54,997 nucleotides of DNA from Klebsormidium nitens (taxonomy: Eukaryota; Plantae; Klebsormidiophyceae), in assembly GCA_000708835.1 (NCBI GenBank), contig DF237540.1, positions 1 to 54,997 of the forward strand, read 5' to 3'. Both the position numbers and the translations under genes were made by a program. The notes below the pieces were generated by a model. That model was not told the DNA's origin. It made no database searches and worked only from the letters and a program-made list of their open reading frames with translations. Each line of letters begins with the position of its first letter. Positions within the stretch are counted from its first letter, which is position 1. Below are positions 36,301 through 47,708 of the stretch, one piece after another.

Positions 36301-36422
36301 CCGCCGCTCTCGAGCTGCACCATGAGGCGCAGGAAGCCCCAGTGGCTGTGGACCACCAGCAGCAGCAGGCCCGCAAACAGCAGCACGAGCCGCGAGGGGG
36401 CCAGCATGCGCAGCGGGCCCAT
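33326..36422 (-). CDS. two-domain glycosyltransferase: N-terminal TM anchor + GT2 domain + GT4/GT-B-like C-terminal domain
   Basis: Exons 36422-35002, 34835-34814, 34637-34471, 34242-33888, 33628-33326. GT2 motifs SIIITAHNS, VVVFDDASSD, LGFARANN, YLNNDVEV, VDYCSACCLLVRR, YYEDSDL. GT-B motifs RILFVDQ, LLFIGAF...NGDAVKHF, LFVAPHQYGAGIQIKVLDAMAHGVPVV. Confidence 0.9.
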
Positions 36423-37360
36423 GACGGCACTACCGCGGCAGGCACCCCTACATAGGGGAGGCAAATGCCAGCTAGAATCGGGGGGGGGGGGGCGCGAATG
36501 GGGCGTCCTCTGCCGGCCTGCGAATGGGGCTGTCCGGGATGGGACCTGCTGTTCAGCAGTTCAAGTTTGGCCTGAAGGTTGAGGGGAATGGGCTCTGAAA
36601 CGTGAACCAAGGTCGCTTGGATCCACTGTCCGCCCTTGAAGTTGAACTTGAAATTGGAGCCAGATCTGCCACCGCCTCCCTGCTGCAGGTGCCAGGACTG
36701 GTAGAGGTCTGCGCGTGTGCTCACTTCCCTCTGCCCTGGGCCTCGGATGTTCTGCTCTAGCTAGAGCAATTTGCAAGATCTCACGTCTCTTTTCAGATCT
36801 CTTTTCAGATCAGCCTGCATTTGCCTGGTCCGGTAGTACCGTACCGTATGGGTTACTCGTAGGTACCCGCAACCCCGGGTGGCGGCAGTACTTTTCTCAG
36901 GTGCGTTCAGCCGTCGATCTGGCACGAGGCTACCATTCGACGGATTTCAGGCGCCAAGAAAGCACGGGGGAACCAGGCAGGACAGGGGTACTTTCGAAGC
37001 CTCAATGCTGGTAGCAGCTGTCAGACTACCGGTACGGCGTCCAGGTCCAACGGCACACACAGACTTGGCGCGCCACGTTTGGAATCGGATCGACCGATTT
37101 TGGTAGCTACTACTACTACCGTAGACTCAGGACTGTATAGCAGTGTAGGACTAGCCTAGCCAGATTCCAATGCCGATGGATTCTTGGAAGCTCAGCATAA
37201 GTTGGCCCTGGCAGCGCGGGGCGCCCAAGTCGAGGGGACTGCGAATCCAATGCTGAGAGACGCAGCGTGTGCGGAAGTCTGCCCTCGGTCTACGGGGATT
37301 CCAAAGTCGTTGGGGCCTTGATGGTCGCTGCACAGCTCTGCTGAGAGCGTTGTGGGAGCA

Positions 37361-39982
37361 ATGGTGGCCACAGACACCGCGCCCAGCAGCAGGGATGCCG
37401 GCTGGATCCCGTGGGATTCGCTGCAGGCCACGCTGGCCGACTACCACTGGGCACTGCAGGTCAGTGCGGCCCTGCCCCCCCTTGCAGCAGCTCCTAGACA
37501 CAAGATGTGCACGAATGGCCCTCACTCTTGGCGTGTGCGTGCCTCTCTCTCTTTCGGCTCTTGCCGCTGTCCCTCTCCCCATCTGTGGCCCCTGAACCCC
37601 CCTGCTGCGGCTCTGCTGCGCGTGTGTGTGTGCAGGAGTACCTGCGCAGCCTGGTGGTGCGCGACGGCCCCGCCGATGGCTGCATCTCCCCGTGCCCGCG
37701 CTGCAAGGGCGATGGGCGCGGCCCGCCCGGGGACGGCGGCCTGGCGCAGCNNNNNNNNNNNNNNNNNNNNNNNNNNNNNNNNNNNNNNNNNNNNNNNNNN
37801 NNNNNNNNNNNNNNNNNNNNNNNNNNNNNNNNNNNNNNNNNNNNNNNNNNNNNNNNNNNNNNNNNNNNNNNNNNNNNNNNNNNNNNNNNNNNNNNNNNNN
37901 NNNNNNNNNNNNNNNNNNNNNNNNNNNNNNNNNNNNNNNNNNNNNNNNNNNNNNNNNNNNNNNNNNNNNNNNNNNNNNNNNNNNNNNNNNNNNNNNNNNN
38001 NNNNNNNNNNNNNNNNNNNNNNNNNNNNNNNNNNNNNNNNNNNNNNNNNNNNNAATCTGCAGCAGGCGCTGCACCACCTCGAGGCGGACCCCTCGCGCAG
38101 CGCGCCGCAGCGGGGCGCACGCAGCCGGCCGTTTGCAGTGCTCTGGCGCTGGCGCGGCTTGGATGGGCTGGGGCCGCGCGGCGGGCGCGCCACGTGGGAG
38201 CGCCAATGCTGGTTCTGCGACGGGTGAGCCACTGACAGCCGCCCCGGACCACCAACAGGGGGGCTGGCCCTCACGCATTTGCGTGGCTCTGCTTGGTGCT
38301 GCCATGGCGCAGCAGGGGCCCATTCCAGAGGTTGCGGCGCCCTGCTGGGGCGTGCTTGTCGCGGCGCTGCCCTGACCCCGCGGCGCTGTGCGCTGTGCAG
38401 CGTGGGCATCATGCCCGTGGTCAACCTGCACGGCTACCTCTGTGCCTGGGCCCCCGCGGCACTCAACACCCGCCACCACGCCGCCTCCGCCGCGCCCCCG
38501 TCCTCCGCTGCTGCTGTGCGCCCCCCCGCCCCGTCGCATGAGCGCCTGCAGCGCCGCAGGGCAGCGCTTGCTCGGGGCCACGCGGGGCGGGTCGGCACGC
38601 CGGGGCTGCGGCTGATGCGTGTGAGCAAGGCGCAGAAGGTGCCGGGAGAGAGCACGCAGCGCTACGTGGGCCACCTGGTGCCCGCGTTTGAGGTGCGCGA
38701 GCGCGCAGAGCAGATGCCGCACTGGCACGACGGGCGCACCCGCCGCCGCGGCAACCTGCTGGAGTTTGACTGGCGCCGCGCGCAGTGGATTGCCGACGTG
38801 CAGGTAAGGGGGTGGGGGAGGGGAGGCGCGGAGAGCTCCACAACGTTGAGGCTGGCAGGGGCCAGAGGCGCTGCGCCTCCTCCAGTCTCTTATGCACGGC
38901 GGAGTGCGAAGGGCGTGCATGTTCCTCAGCCTGACTCCTTGTGCGCCCCCTGGCAACGTGCAGAACATTGTGGAGAGCCCGGTCGGGCCAGCCCCCCCTG
39001 CCGCTGCGCCGCCGCCCCCCCCACCCCGCCCCTTGGATGCGGCGCAACCCGCGGCTGGGGCCCTGGCCAAGGCCGCGCATCTCACGGGGGGGGACCGGCG
39101 GTCGGGCGGCATGGCGCGGCTGGAGCGCATGCTGGCGGACTGGAGCAGGAGGAGGCGGGGAGCAGGACGGCGCCAGGCAGGGGGTAAGCGCGGGCTGCCA
39201 CAGACAGGGGGGCACACGCGGCGGCGGTCCTGTGGCTGCAGACAGCCCATGGCTGCTCAATGCGACCTCGCTCTTCCTGGTCGCTCCAGTAGTGGCCCCA
39301 CTTTTGGCCGGGACCTCAGCCGCTGGTGCGTGCACTGGACCACGCGCCGCCAGCTGCGCGCTGGCGTACGCCCCCCTGCTTGGGGGCAGCAGGCTGCATT
39401 CGGTGGAGCCAGTGCGGCCACGCTGGTGAGGAGCCAGCCACTGACTGCGCTCTGTTGCTTCACGCAGGCGCCGAGCGGGCGGGCGAGGGATTGCCACAGG
39501 GGGGCCCGACCGCGGCAGCGCGCACGCGGGAGGGGCAACTAGGGGGACGGCGCAGCAGCGGTGCGAGAGGGGGCACGGCAGGGCAGGGAAGAGAGGGGCG
39601 GGCAGGGCGGCCAGCGGCGGAAGAGAGGGACCCAGCGGGGCCTCGGGGCCGTATGGGGAGGGGAGGCAACGGGCCAGGGAGGGGGCAGCGGCAGGGAGAG
39701 GGGCGCGGCGCGCCGGTGACTCTGGATGGCGACTTCCCGGAAGACCTGGTCAGCATCCGGCCAGGGTACGAGGAGGAGGAGGAGGGGGCGGCAGCAGCGG
39801 CGGCGGTGGCGGCAGGGCGGGCAGGGCTGGAGGGGGGAGTGACGTTCCGGGACAGGATCTTTGACCCGCGGCTGCGCGCATCGCCGCTGCTGCAACCCAT
39901 GCTCAGGATCAGTGAGGCGCTCTCGTTGAGCTTCTTAGGCGAACGAAGGGACGCCCGAGCTGGACCCAGCACCCCAGATTGA
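37361..39982 (+). CDS. multi-exon hypothetical protein spanning an assembly gap
   Basis: GC3-rich segments bounded by GT-AG: MVATDT...YHWALQ (37361-37459), EYLRSLVVRDGPADGCISPCPRC (from 37636), ...WERQCWFCDG, VGIMPVVNLHGYLCAW...PAFEVRERAEQMPHWHDGRTRRRGNLLEFDWRRAQWIADVQ, and a last exon ending TFRDRIFDPRLRASPLLQPMLRISEALSLSF...PSTPD*. No family recognised; the 3' exon structure is uncertain. Confidence 0.6.
37751..38053. other. assembly gap (N run)
   Basis: Run of N. Confidence 0.99.
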
Positions 39983-41602
39983 CCTTGCTTTAAGTTTTGC
40001 TTTGAGTTGGGCTGGTACAAGCATAAGCTTGGCCTGAACATAGTCTTCCAACCCAGGGATCTGGTTCTTTGGGAGAGTCCGCTTTTGAGTGTTTGTCATC
40101 TCTCCACATATGACTTGTGCAGCTGGCTAGGCGATCATGCACGGCCTGAACGATGGGTACAAGCTCCTGGATCGCTTCATTCTCGTTCGTTGCCTTGCAT
40201 ATCCAATTGGCTGGCCGGGCTCAAGCTGTGATGTATGAACCATCTTTCGTCAGTCGGTGGATTATGGAAAAAGGCAAAGGGATCGACAGAAAAGGTGCTC
40301 GAAGAGCACACGTGCTTTTGCAGGAGTTGCGGTTTGTATAGCAGACTTCAATTGTATAGTGCATGATGGTGACTTGTACCATACATATCTGTACGTGTGG
40401 TTTGGCATGAAACTTGTGGACCAGGCATATGCTACCGTTCAATATCTATGTAGTACGTTGACCTGACTTTGGGCAATCCAATCCAATTGAACCAATCAAT
40501 CCAGTCGTTACAACATGCATGCATGATGAGCCGTGCTTAAGCGGTTGCCAGTTTTCCTTTATTGTGCAGGTGTCAAACGGATTTGCAGGTTGACCATCGG
40601 CCTGGTTTTATTCATCGACTGCGCATCACCAGTATCGATGTGTGTTCTTGATGTGGCATTAATTTGAGGATTGCAATCCTCATGACGTGGGTAAGTTGAA
40701 TTGGGGCCGCGCGGCCATAACATGTCCTCCAAGAAGCATCCGCGACTAAATGTCATCCGCATTCATGTGCATGCGCGAACGAGGAAAGCACTCTAGCTAG
40801 TCTCGGAGGGCTGCCATCTGCATACCTATGTATGGTCAAGACAGGCTTCTTTGACAGCTCGCCGTTCGTGTCCACATGGCTGGCATGTATTGTCAGTGTC
40901 CGAATGATCGGGCCCATCATTGCAGCCGGATCGGATCGGATGGCCGCGGGATAGTTGTTCATATACATGGCCTGGCATGCCGCCATGAGTGAAGACAGGC
41001 CGACAGAGATCATGCACCCGGTTCTCGACAGAGCGTTGCTTAATGGCTCAACGTGGCTCAGGGTTTATATAACAGCAAGTGACCATAACGCACGTACACT
41101 GGCCAAGGTTTGCACGGCGCATGGGAGTTATTACGTCCTCATCGAGTGCAACATGCATCTTGAGAACTGATGTACATTATGATGGTTGGAGTACGTCAGC
41201 TAAAGTTGTGACTTGTAGCATACATTTATATGGAGTCACCATGCATGAGGGTATAGCTCATGCGCTAGTGGCAGAACATACACTTTAGTGTCCAATCCAT
41301 GCCTAATGACATCACATACAAAGAGAAGCCGTCGGAAGCTTCCCCGTGACTGCTATGGTTCACTGCAAGTTTGATCATTAGCATCCCTTCGATGTACCTG
41401 TCGGTGTCACTCAAGAAGGGACGAACTCATCAAGGACCGGCTACAGGTGTCAAAATGTCAGAGACCTGTCAATCACAGCGCATTGGGTGAGAGACTAATA
41501 GATGGAAGGACTGACGGGGAGCATGTGACTCATGAGTCTTCGAACATGATCGGATTCGACTGTCCTGAATTTGGCAGAAACGACGAGCTTTGCACCTGAC
41601 GA

Positions 41603-44600
41603 CTAGTCCTCCATGTCCTGTGCATGCTCTAGGAGATAGTTGGCCGCCAGGTTCTCGTTCTTGTCACAAGCGAGAAAGGCTTCGATCACCCTGGCTCGAT
41701 CGAACCCCATGGATTCTAGCTGCAACCACAACCACAGAAAACGCCTCAAGATCAGCGCCAGCTTCCAGTCTTGCTTGACTATTCAAGGGCTCAGTCTTTC
41801 GGAACCTGCCCCACGGGCATTGCGTGAGATTACGATTGAGCGGCCGCAACCAGGCAGGGAGACGACACACGGCTGCCCGGCGTGCATTCCCACCACCCCC
41901 CGCCGCTGCAGAGAGCGCAGGAGAGCCGTTGCCGGCCGGCAGGCGGAGCTGGGCTCACTCTGTCGATGGCCTCCTTCTCCTCGGGCGTAACGTTGATGGC
42001 CTGCGGCGCGCCCCCCCCCATCTCGCCCAGCTGCCCCAAAATGTCCCTGCACGCACACATCGCCACGCGCTGCGCCGTCACACTCACGCAAACGCCTCAG
42101 GGCGCGGCCCCGTCCCTGCGGCAGGCGACTTGCGCGCAGGCATGGCGGCAGACTGCCGCACAGTGCAGACAGTGCGCGACGTGGCAGGATGCGGGCGGTC
42201 AGGAGGGCTCACGCTTCGCCCTCTGCGGCGGGCTCATTGATGAGGCGCAGGAACTCGGCCTGGTGCGCGTTGATGAGCGCCAGCAGCTGCGGGTTCTGCT
42301 TGCCCAGCTCCTGCAGCATCGGCTGCACACACACACACACCCGCCAGTGGGTCAGCGCACTGCCGCAGCCGCCAGCGCACGGCAGGCCAGCCCAGCAGCG
42401 CGGCCCCCAGGGCGAGCAGATGCGCGCGCATGCCGCGAGGCTTGCCTGCGGTGGGAGCCCTCACCTGCAGGATGGTCGGGTTGGCCTGCACCATCTGGCG
42501 CAGCGCTTGGAACTGCGGGTTCTCGCGCAAGAAGTCGAGCGCCCCGGCCGGCCCCGCGCCCGCTGCGGCGCCCCCCCAGCCGGGCATGCCCTGCGGGAAC
42601 AGGTCCAGTGGCGCTGCATTGGGGCCACCACCGGGCGGGCCCGCCGCAGGAGCCGCAGAGGCAGGAGAAGCCGCAGCCCCGGGGGCAGGCGCAGCGTCAG
42701 AGCCTGGAGGGGGGGGCGCAGGAGTGGCGCCGCGAGCAACCACAGGAGCGGCCTCCGCGGTCTCCGGGATGCCCTGATGCAGACAGTGAGGGAGCAGCAG
42801 AGGCAGTCAGGGAGGGGCATGCGAGCCAAAGTGCCCCCGGCCATGCGCAACACCGCAGTGTCTGTGCAGCACAACAGCTGGGGTGCGCAGAGTCTCCCCC
42901 GCAGCGCAGCGCTTGAGCGCGCCTGCGGAGGGCCACTCACGGTGTAGAGGTACTCGACGGCGCGCTCGGGGTTGTTGTACGCGGCGCTCAGGGCCTTGAC
43001 CACCTGGTCGCGCTGGAAGGCGCCGCCGCCCATCTCCAGGATCTGCGCAATGGTGCTCTCCAGCGCGCTCCCCGCCACCAGCGTGGACGCCGCACTGTCG
43101 TACCCCGCCTCCCCCGCCACGCCGCCCACCGCACTGCACACACACACACACACACACACGCGATGCACCACACCTCAGCGCTACAGCCACAGGAGCAGCA
43201 GCGGAGTAAGGAAGGCATCCCCGCTGGCAAGGCATGGGGGAGGCCCTGCAGCGGGCATCAGCTGGCGCGTGGCAGGGGCTGTCGCAGAGGAGGGCTGCGC
43301 GCAGAGCAGCTGAGGGTGCACCCAGGGGCAGAGGGGCTTACGGCGCAGTAGCAGCAGCAGCAGCAGGGGCTGGGGCGGCGGCAGCCCTGCAGCAGGGGGG
43401 AGAAGGGGAGAGGGTCAGACCCGCGGGCCAAGCAAGGGCGGGAGTGCCAAGAGAGGCTTTGCCTGGTGGCGCAGCAGGAACGGGCCCTCCGGTGGGACCA
43501 TGGCGGGCCCCACGCAGGCCGCTGCATCGGCCGTGCAAGGGGGGCTGGCCCGCGCTGGCCCGCTCTGCTATGCCTCAGGAGCCTGGCCCCTGGCAAGCGG
43601 CAGCAGGGAGCAGCGATAGGCGTGGCAGGGCCTAGCACAAGAAGCAAAGGGAGCAAAGCATGGAGGACGCACGCAGCAGGGGGCGCCGCAGCAGGGGGAG
43701 CAGCAGCAGGGGGGGCAACAGCAGCAGGCGCAGCGGTAGGGGGCGCCGCAGCGGGGCTGGCAGCGGGCACAGGAGGAGCAGCCGAGGGAGGGGCCGCAGC
43801 GGGCTTGGCCTGCAGACAGAGCAAGGGGGGGGTGGGGAAAGGCAGGAGCAAGAACGGCAAAGGACGGGCACTTGGAGCGGCAGCGATTGGAGTGCAGGAA
43901 GCAGTTGTGCGGGGCAGAGGAGGCAAGGAGGGCAGCAAGTGCGAGGTCCTGATCATAGCCACCACAACCTGAAGTGGCCACTGAAGCAAAACTTGCTCGC
44001 ACTTGTGAACAAAACTGCAGAGGCACAGGGGCGGGCAGAGAGGTATGGCAGATGCACAGGTGCCGGCAGAGAGGTATGGAAGATGGAGGTTGCAAAGGAG
44101 AATGATGCACTAATTATCAGATCAACATAGAAACAGGAGAACCCAGAAAGAAACTCAACAGCAATGGAATCAAGAAGGTATGATAACATTGAAAGGAAAA
44201 GCAAGAGCGGCGAAAAGAAAACAAGGTCGGAATGTTGGCGCAAGCAGGTGCAGTCCATGCATCCGTACTGCTGGGTGCCGCGTGGCGGATGCTGCTGACC
44301 TTGGTGAGCATGACCACCACGAAGCCGCTCTCGGCGATGCTGTTGTCGGCCACGCTGGTGTCGTCCTTAAGCACCTTGCCCTGGTAGATGAGCACCTGAG
44401 CGCCAACCGGGTACGCCTCTGCGCCCTGCGCTGCCGCCACCTTGCGCTTCACCTCCGCAATCTGCGCAGCGCAGCACAGCAGCACACCAGGGGCACTCAC
44501 CACCACGGCAGCAACAGCGATGGGCAACCCCATCACTCACTTGACAGCGGCAATTCGCACCCGGAGTCACACACTGGATGGGCAACACAGGAACCGAAAG

Positions 44601-44723
44601 GGGAGGCAACCGTGAGGGAAATGCAAGCAGCACAGTCAGCGCCTCGCATGAGCTCACCTTGTCGGTTGCATCCACCTCCAGGCTGAAATTCTGACCCTTC
44701 AGGGTCTTCACCGTAATCTTCAT
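41603..44723 (-). CDS. RAD23: ubiquitin receptor RAD23 (UbL-UBA-XPCB-UBA)
   Basis: Exons include 44723-44658 ([17 protein letters not shown]), 44461-44300 ([13 protein letters not shown]...FVVVMLTK), 43809-43673, a probable short Ala/Pro exon near 43341-43390, 43133-42941 (UBA1: [17 protein letters not shown]), 42773-42465 ([21 protein letters not shown]), 42322-42213, 42046-41959 and 41719-41603 ([31 protein letters not shown]). Confidence 0.97.
43137..43158. repeat. (CA)n microsatellite, read as a (GT)n tract at a RAD23 3' splice site
   Basis: About 11 CA units; a similar shorter tract lies near 42327-42340. Confidence 0.9.
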
Positions 44724-45605
44724 CTTCAGAACTTCCGTTAGGCGTCGGGCGGAACCGACAGAGTCTCTTCCTGGCAAGTTGTAAACGTCCTCTCCTTGCT
44801 GTCAAATGATCTGAACTTTGCTCAAAAGTCTTCCAAGTTGAGACCCAGGGCCGTTCCTGGCAGCAACCGCTGACAAGTACCTACGTAGTTATTAGCCCGC
44901 GTGGCGCACAAGGAGTTCAAGCACTGTTCAACTTCAAGTTCAAAGCAATTGTCAGAGAAGAAGGAACTTTATTCCTGCTATCCCATAGACCCGAAAATTG
45001 GAAAAGGGTTTGGCTGACGCTTCTTGGCACATAGCGCAAAGCGGTACTACTGTTTCTGTGACACCCGTGGGCCGTGGATGAAGTTCGCGGAAAACCTCAA
45101 GAACTTAATGTATAATCTGGAGGTTTTAAAAAGCATCATTCGAGTCATCTCAGACTCTGCATACCGGTATGCCGTACGGTACTAAAACATCATGCAGGTC
45201 TAGGTTACTGTAGGTACCTCCTACCATCGTATTTGAATTTTCTCAAAAATCCTCAAAATTTGGATCCGCAATAGGCCCGCCTGAGGGGATCCCCGGGAAG
45301 GCCGTATATCGAGTCTTGACAATCCGTGCCCCGGGCACTGGAAAACGACGGAATTGGAGCCGCGATTCCGGCGACCGCGGTTTTGATTAGATAGGGTGGT
45401 CAACACTTAACCCAAGTGAAGTACGGTATAATGTTGGGCTGGCCCCTGTACCACAGAGATGAGGACAGTGCAGCCAGGGCTCCGTTCAGGCAGCAAAAAC
45501 TTGGTAGTCCTTGAAAGCGTTTAACTTTTTGGTGGCGCTCATTACATCTGTAGACTGCCTATTGGGCCTCGTCATTTGGACTCTCCTGTGCGACTGCTTC
45601 TGTAG

Positions 45606-47708
45606 ATGATGGCGGCCAACTCCAACCTACCACGGCGAATTATAAAGGTAGGAAGCAAGCTTTGCTTTGAAGACTCCAAACCCTAAATACATGCTTCGCT
45701 TGTTGCACACATATCTTAGCATAACGTGCATATTTTTAGCTGTTATTCTCACTGGAATCTGCTTTGCCGTACAGGAAACACAGCGGCTGCTCAGTGAACC
45801 AGGTATGTTTACAAACTGGAGTCTCTTCCAATGGTGTGATGAAGCAGATGACGAGCAGCGTGTAACTCTGTTGTGTGCACAGCGAGGTCCTCGCTCGCCC
45901 GCGGAAGATGCTGGGGCAACCGGATGTTGCCGGCCCTGCTGATCTTCTTCCTTTTCCATGCTGCAGCGCCGGGGATCAGTGCCTCACCGGCTGAGGACAA
46001 CTTGCGCCACTTTAATGTGATGATTTTAGGGCCAACACAATCTCCTTATGAAGGTAGGGGGAGCAGGCAAAGATTGGGTTGCACTTGGACAGATCGGTGG
46101 GGTGTTGGAAGAGCTATTTGTGCACCATTCCCGGCATGAGCAGAGACTAGCGACAGACGACAGCACGACAGCATGACAGGGGCGGCAGCTGGCTCACTTT
46201 GTGTCTGTTTTGTCTGCAGGCGGTGTTTTCAAATTGGAGCTATTTCTACCAGAGGATTACCCGATGGCACCCCCAAAGGTCACCATTTTGCTTTGCCAAC
46301 CTGTGCTTCTAGCTCCGCTGACAGCCGCTTGCCTGCTGTATGCGTTTCAAGAAAAGGCAACTGCCTTTACGAAGACACCTCAGACAATTGGCATGGGATT
46401 GTGGAGACAATGACCCTCATCACTGACTACCTTGCTTGTTGGGAAGCCTTGTCCACAAGCTAAACTCCTTGGGTTTTGTTTTAATCGTTGGTGTTGTATC
46501 TTGGTTAGAATGTGTTGAAACGCTTTCTTTCTTATCAAGGCCTTCCTCACTACGGAGGCTCATTGTGATGCAACGTGTGGATGTGCAGGTCCGATTCCTT
46601 ACAAAGTTATATCACCCAAATGTTGATAAGGTGAGTTTGGAGATGGTTCCAGAGTATTATAGACCAGTGCAATCACCTGAGCTCTTTAATTTGTGCCCGA
46701 GTACAGCAGATCCTGAGTTCTCCTGATCGTGCACAGGGCAAACCTGTGCTTCTGATTGGGTTGTCTCAAGCCACACTTTCAGCCTGATTGAATTGCAATT
46801 GCTGTCAAGCCTGATATTGCCTACTTCAGCCTGAGTACTCAGAGCACAGATTTTAATGTTGGGTCTCACTTTTGCAGCTAGGACGCATCTGCCTCGATAT
46901 TTTGAAAGACAAATGGAGCCCTGCCCTGCAGATTCGAACTGTCCTTCTTAGGTGAGAGGTTAGGCAAAGCTGTTTGACTTTGATGCAGTCAGACCATTGC
47001 AGTAGACAGGGCCAGTTCTTACTCTGTGTCCAGAAGCTGCTTGCTTTCTCTGTGGACGACTTGCGGTCACACGCAGACTAATCATGGTCATTGTACTCCA
47101 AGAAAGTGATTGTGGTCAATGTGAATCAAGAATGTGACGCACCCTTGGATTCTGGATGCAGTATTCAAGCTTTGTTGAGTGCACCAAATCCGGATGACCC
47201 ACTTGCGGAGAATGTTGCAAAGCATTGGAAGCAGAATGAAATCGAAGCAGTTGCTACGGGTGAGTGATCTTACGTCGAGTTTTCTAAATTCAGTCAGGGA
47301 TTCTCATTGAGTTCCTGATAGTCGTTCAATTTTGACTTTGGAAGCCTTGACATGTCGCTTGAATGAAACTCCATCTTGTGGTGTTCGGGCCATTGTGAGC
47401 AGATTGAAGAGAGGAGCATTCATCAAGCATTATGCTTCTGGAGCTTACTCTATCATGCTTGCAAAAGGCACCCCACGTTCCGGCAACACAAATACAACAG
47501 TGAAAGGTACTTATCAGAGCAAAAATACTGCATCTCGTCACTTTGATGCATCCGAACAGGCTTCTCTATGTTCTCAATTTTGTTGTATCATCGACCTTGC
47601 TCTAATCTATGCACTTGATCCACTTTCGGAGGAACGAATTCGTGCCTAAACGTTTTGTGTTTACGTGCAGCGAAGGAATGGACACGACTATATGCTGGAG
47701 GTGCATAA
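45606..47708 (+). CDS. UBC13: K63-specific E2 ubiquitin-conjugating enzyme UBC13 (UBE2N; plant UBC35/36), 8 exons
   Basis: Exons 45606-45647, 45775-45802, 45968-46053, 46220-46278, 46589-46630, 46878-46951, 47163-47259, 47671-47708. Protein [40 protein letters not shown]...[71 protein letters not shown]...AKEWTRLYA. Confidence 0.98.

Noticed and set aside
35013-36455. 480-aa plus-strand ORF, and many other long GC-rich ORFs over HYOU1, RAD23, hnRNP and the GT
   Set aside because: Antisense or alternate-frame shadows of GC3-rich genes; low complexity with no independent motifs.
40478-40496. Triple CCAAT cluster as an NF-Y promoter
   Set aside because: It lies between two gene 3' ends with no nearby start; more likely a short microsatellite.
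40559-41170. Short minus-strand ORFs between the orphan gene and RAD23
   Set aside because: No recognisable motifs, splice-consistent model or codon bias; possibly old TE debris, but unsupported.
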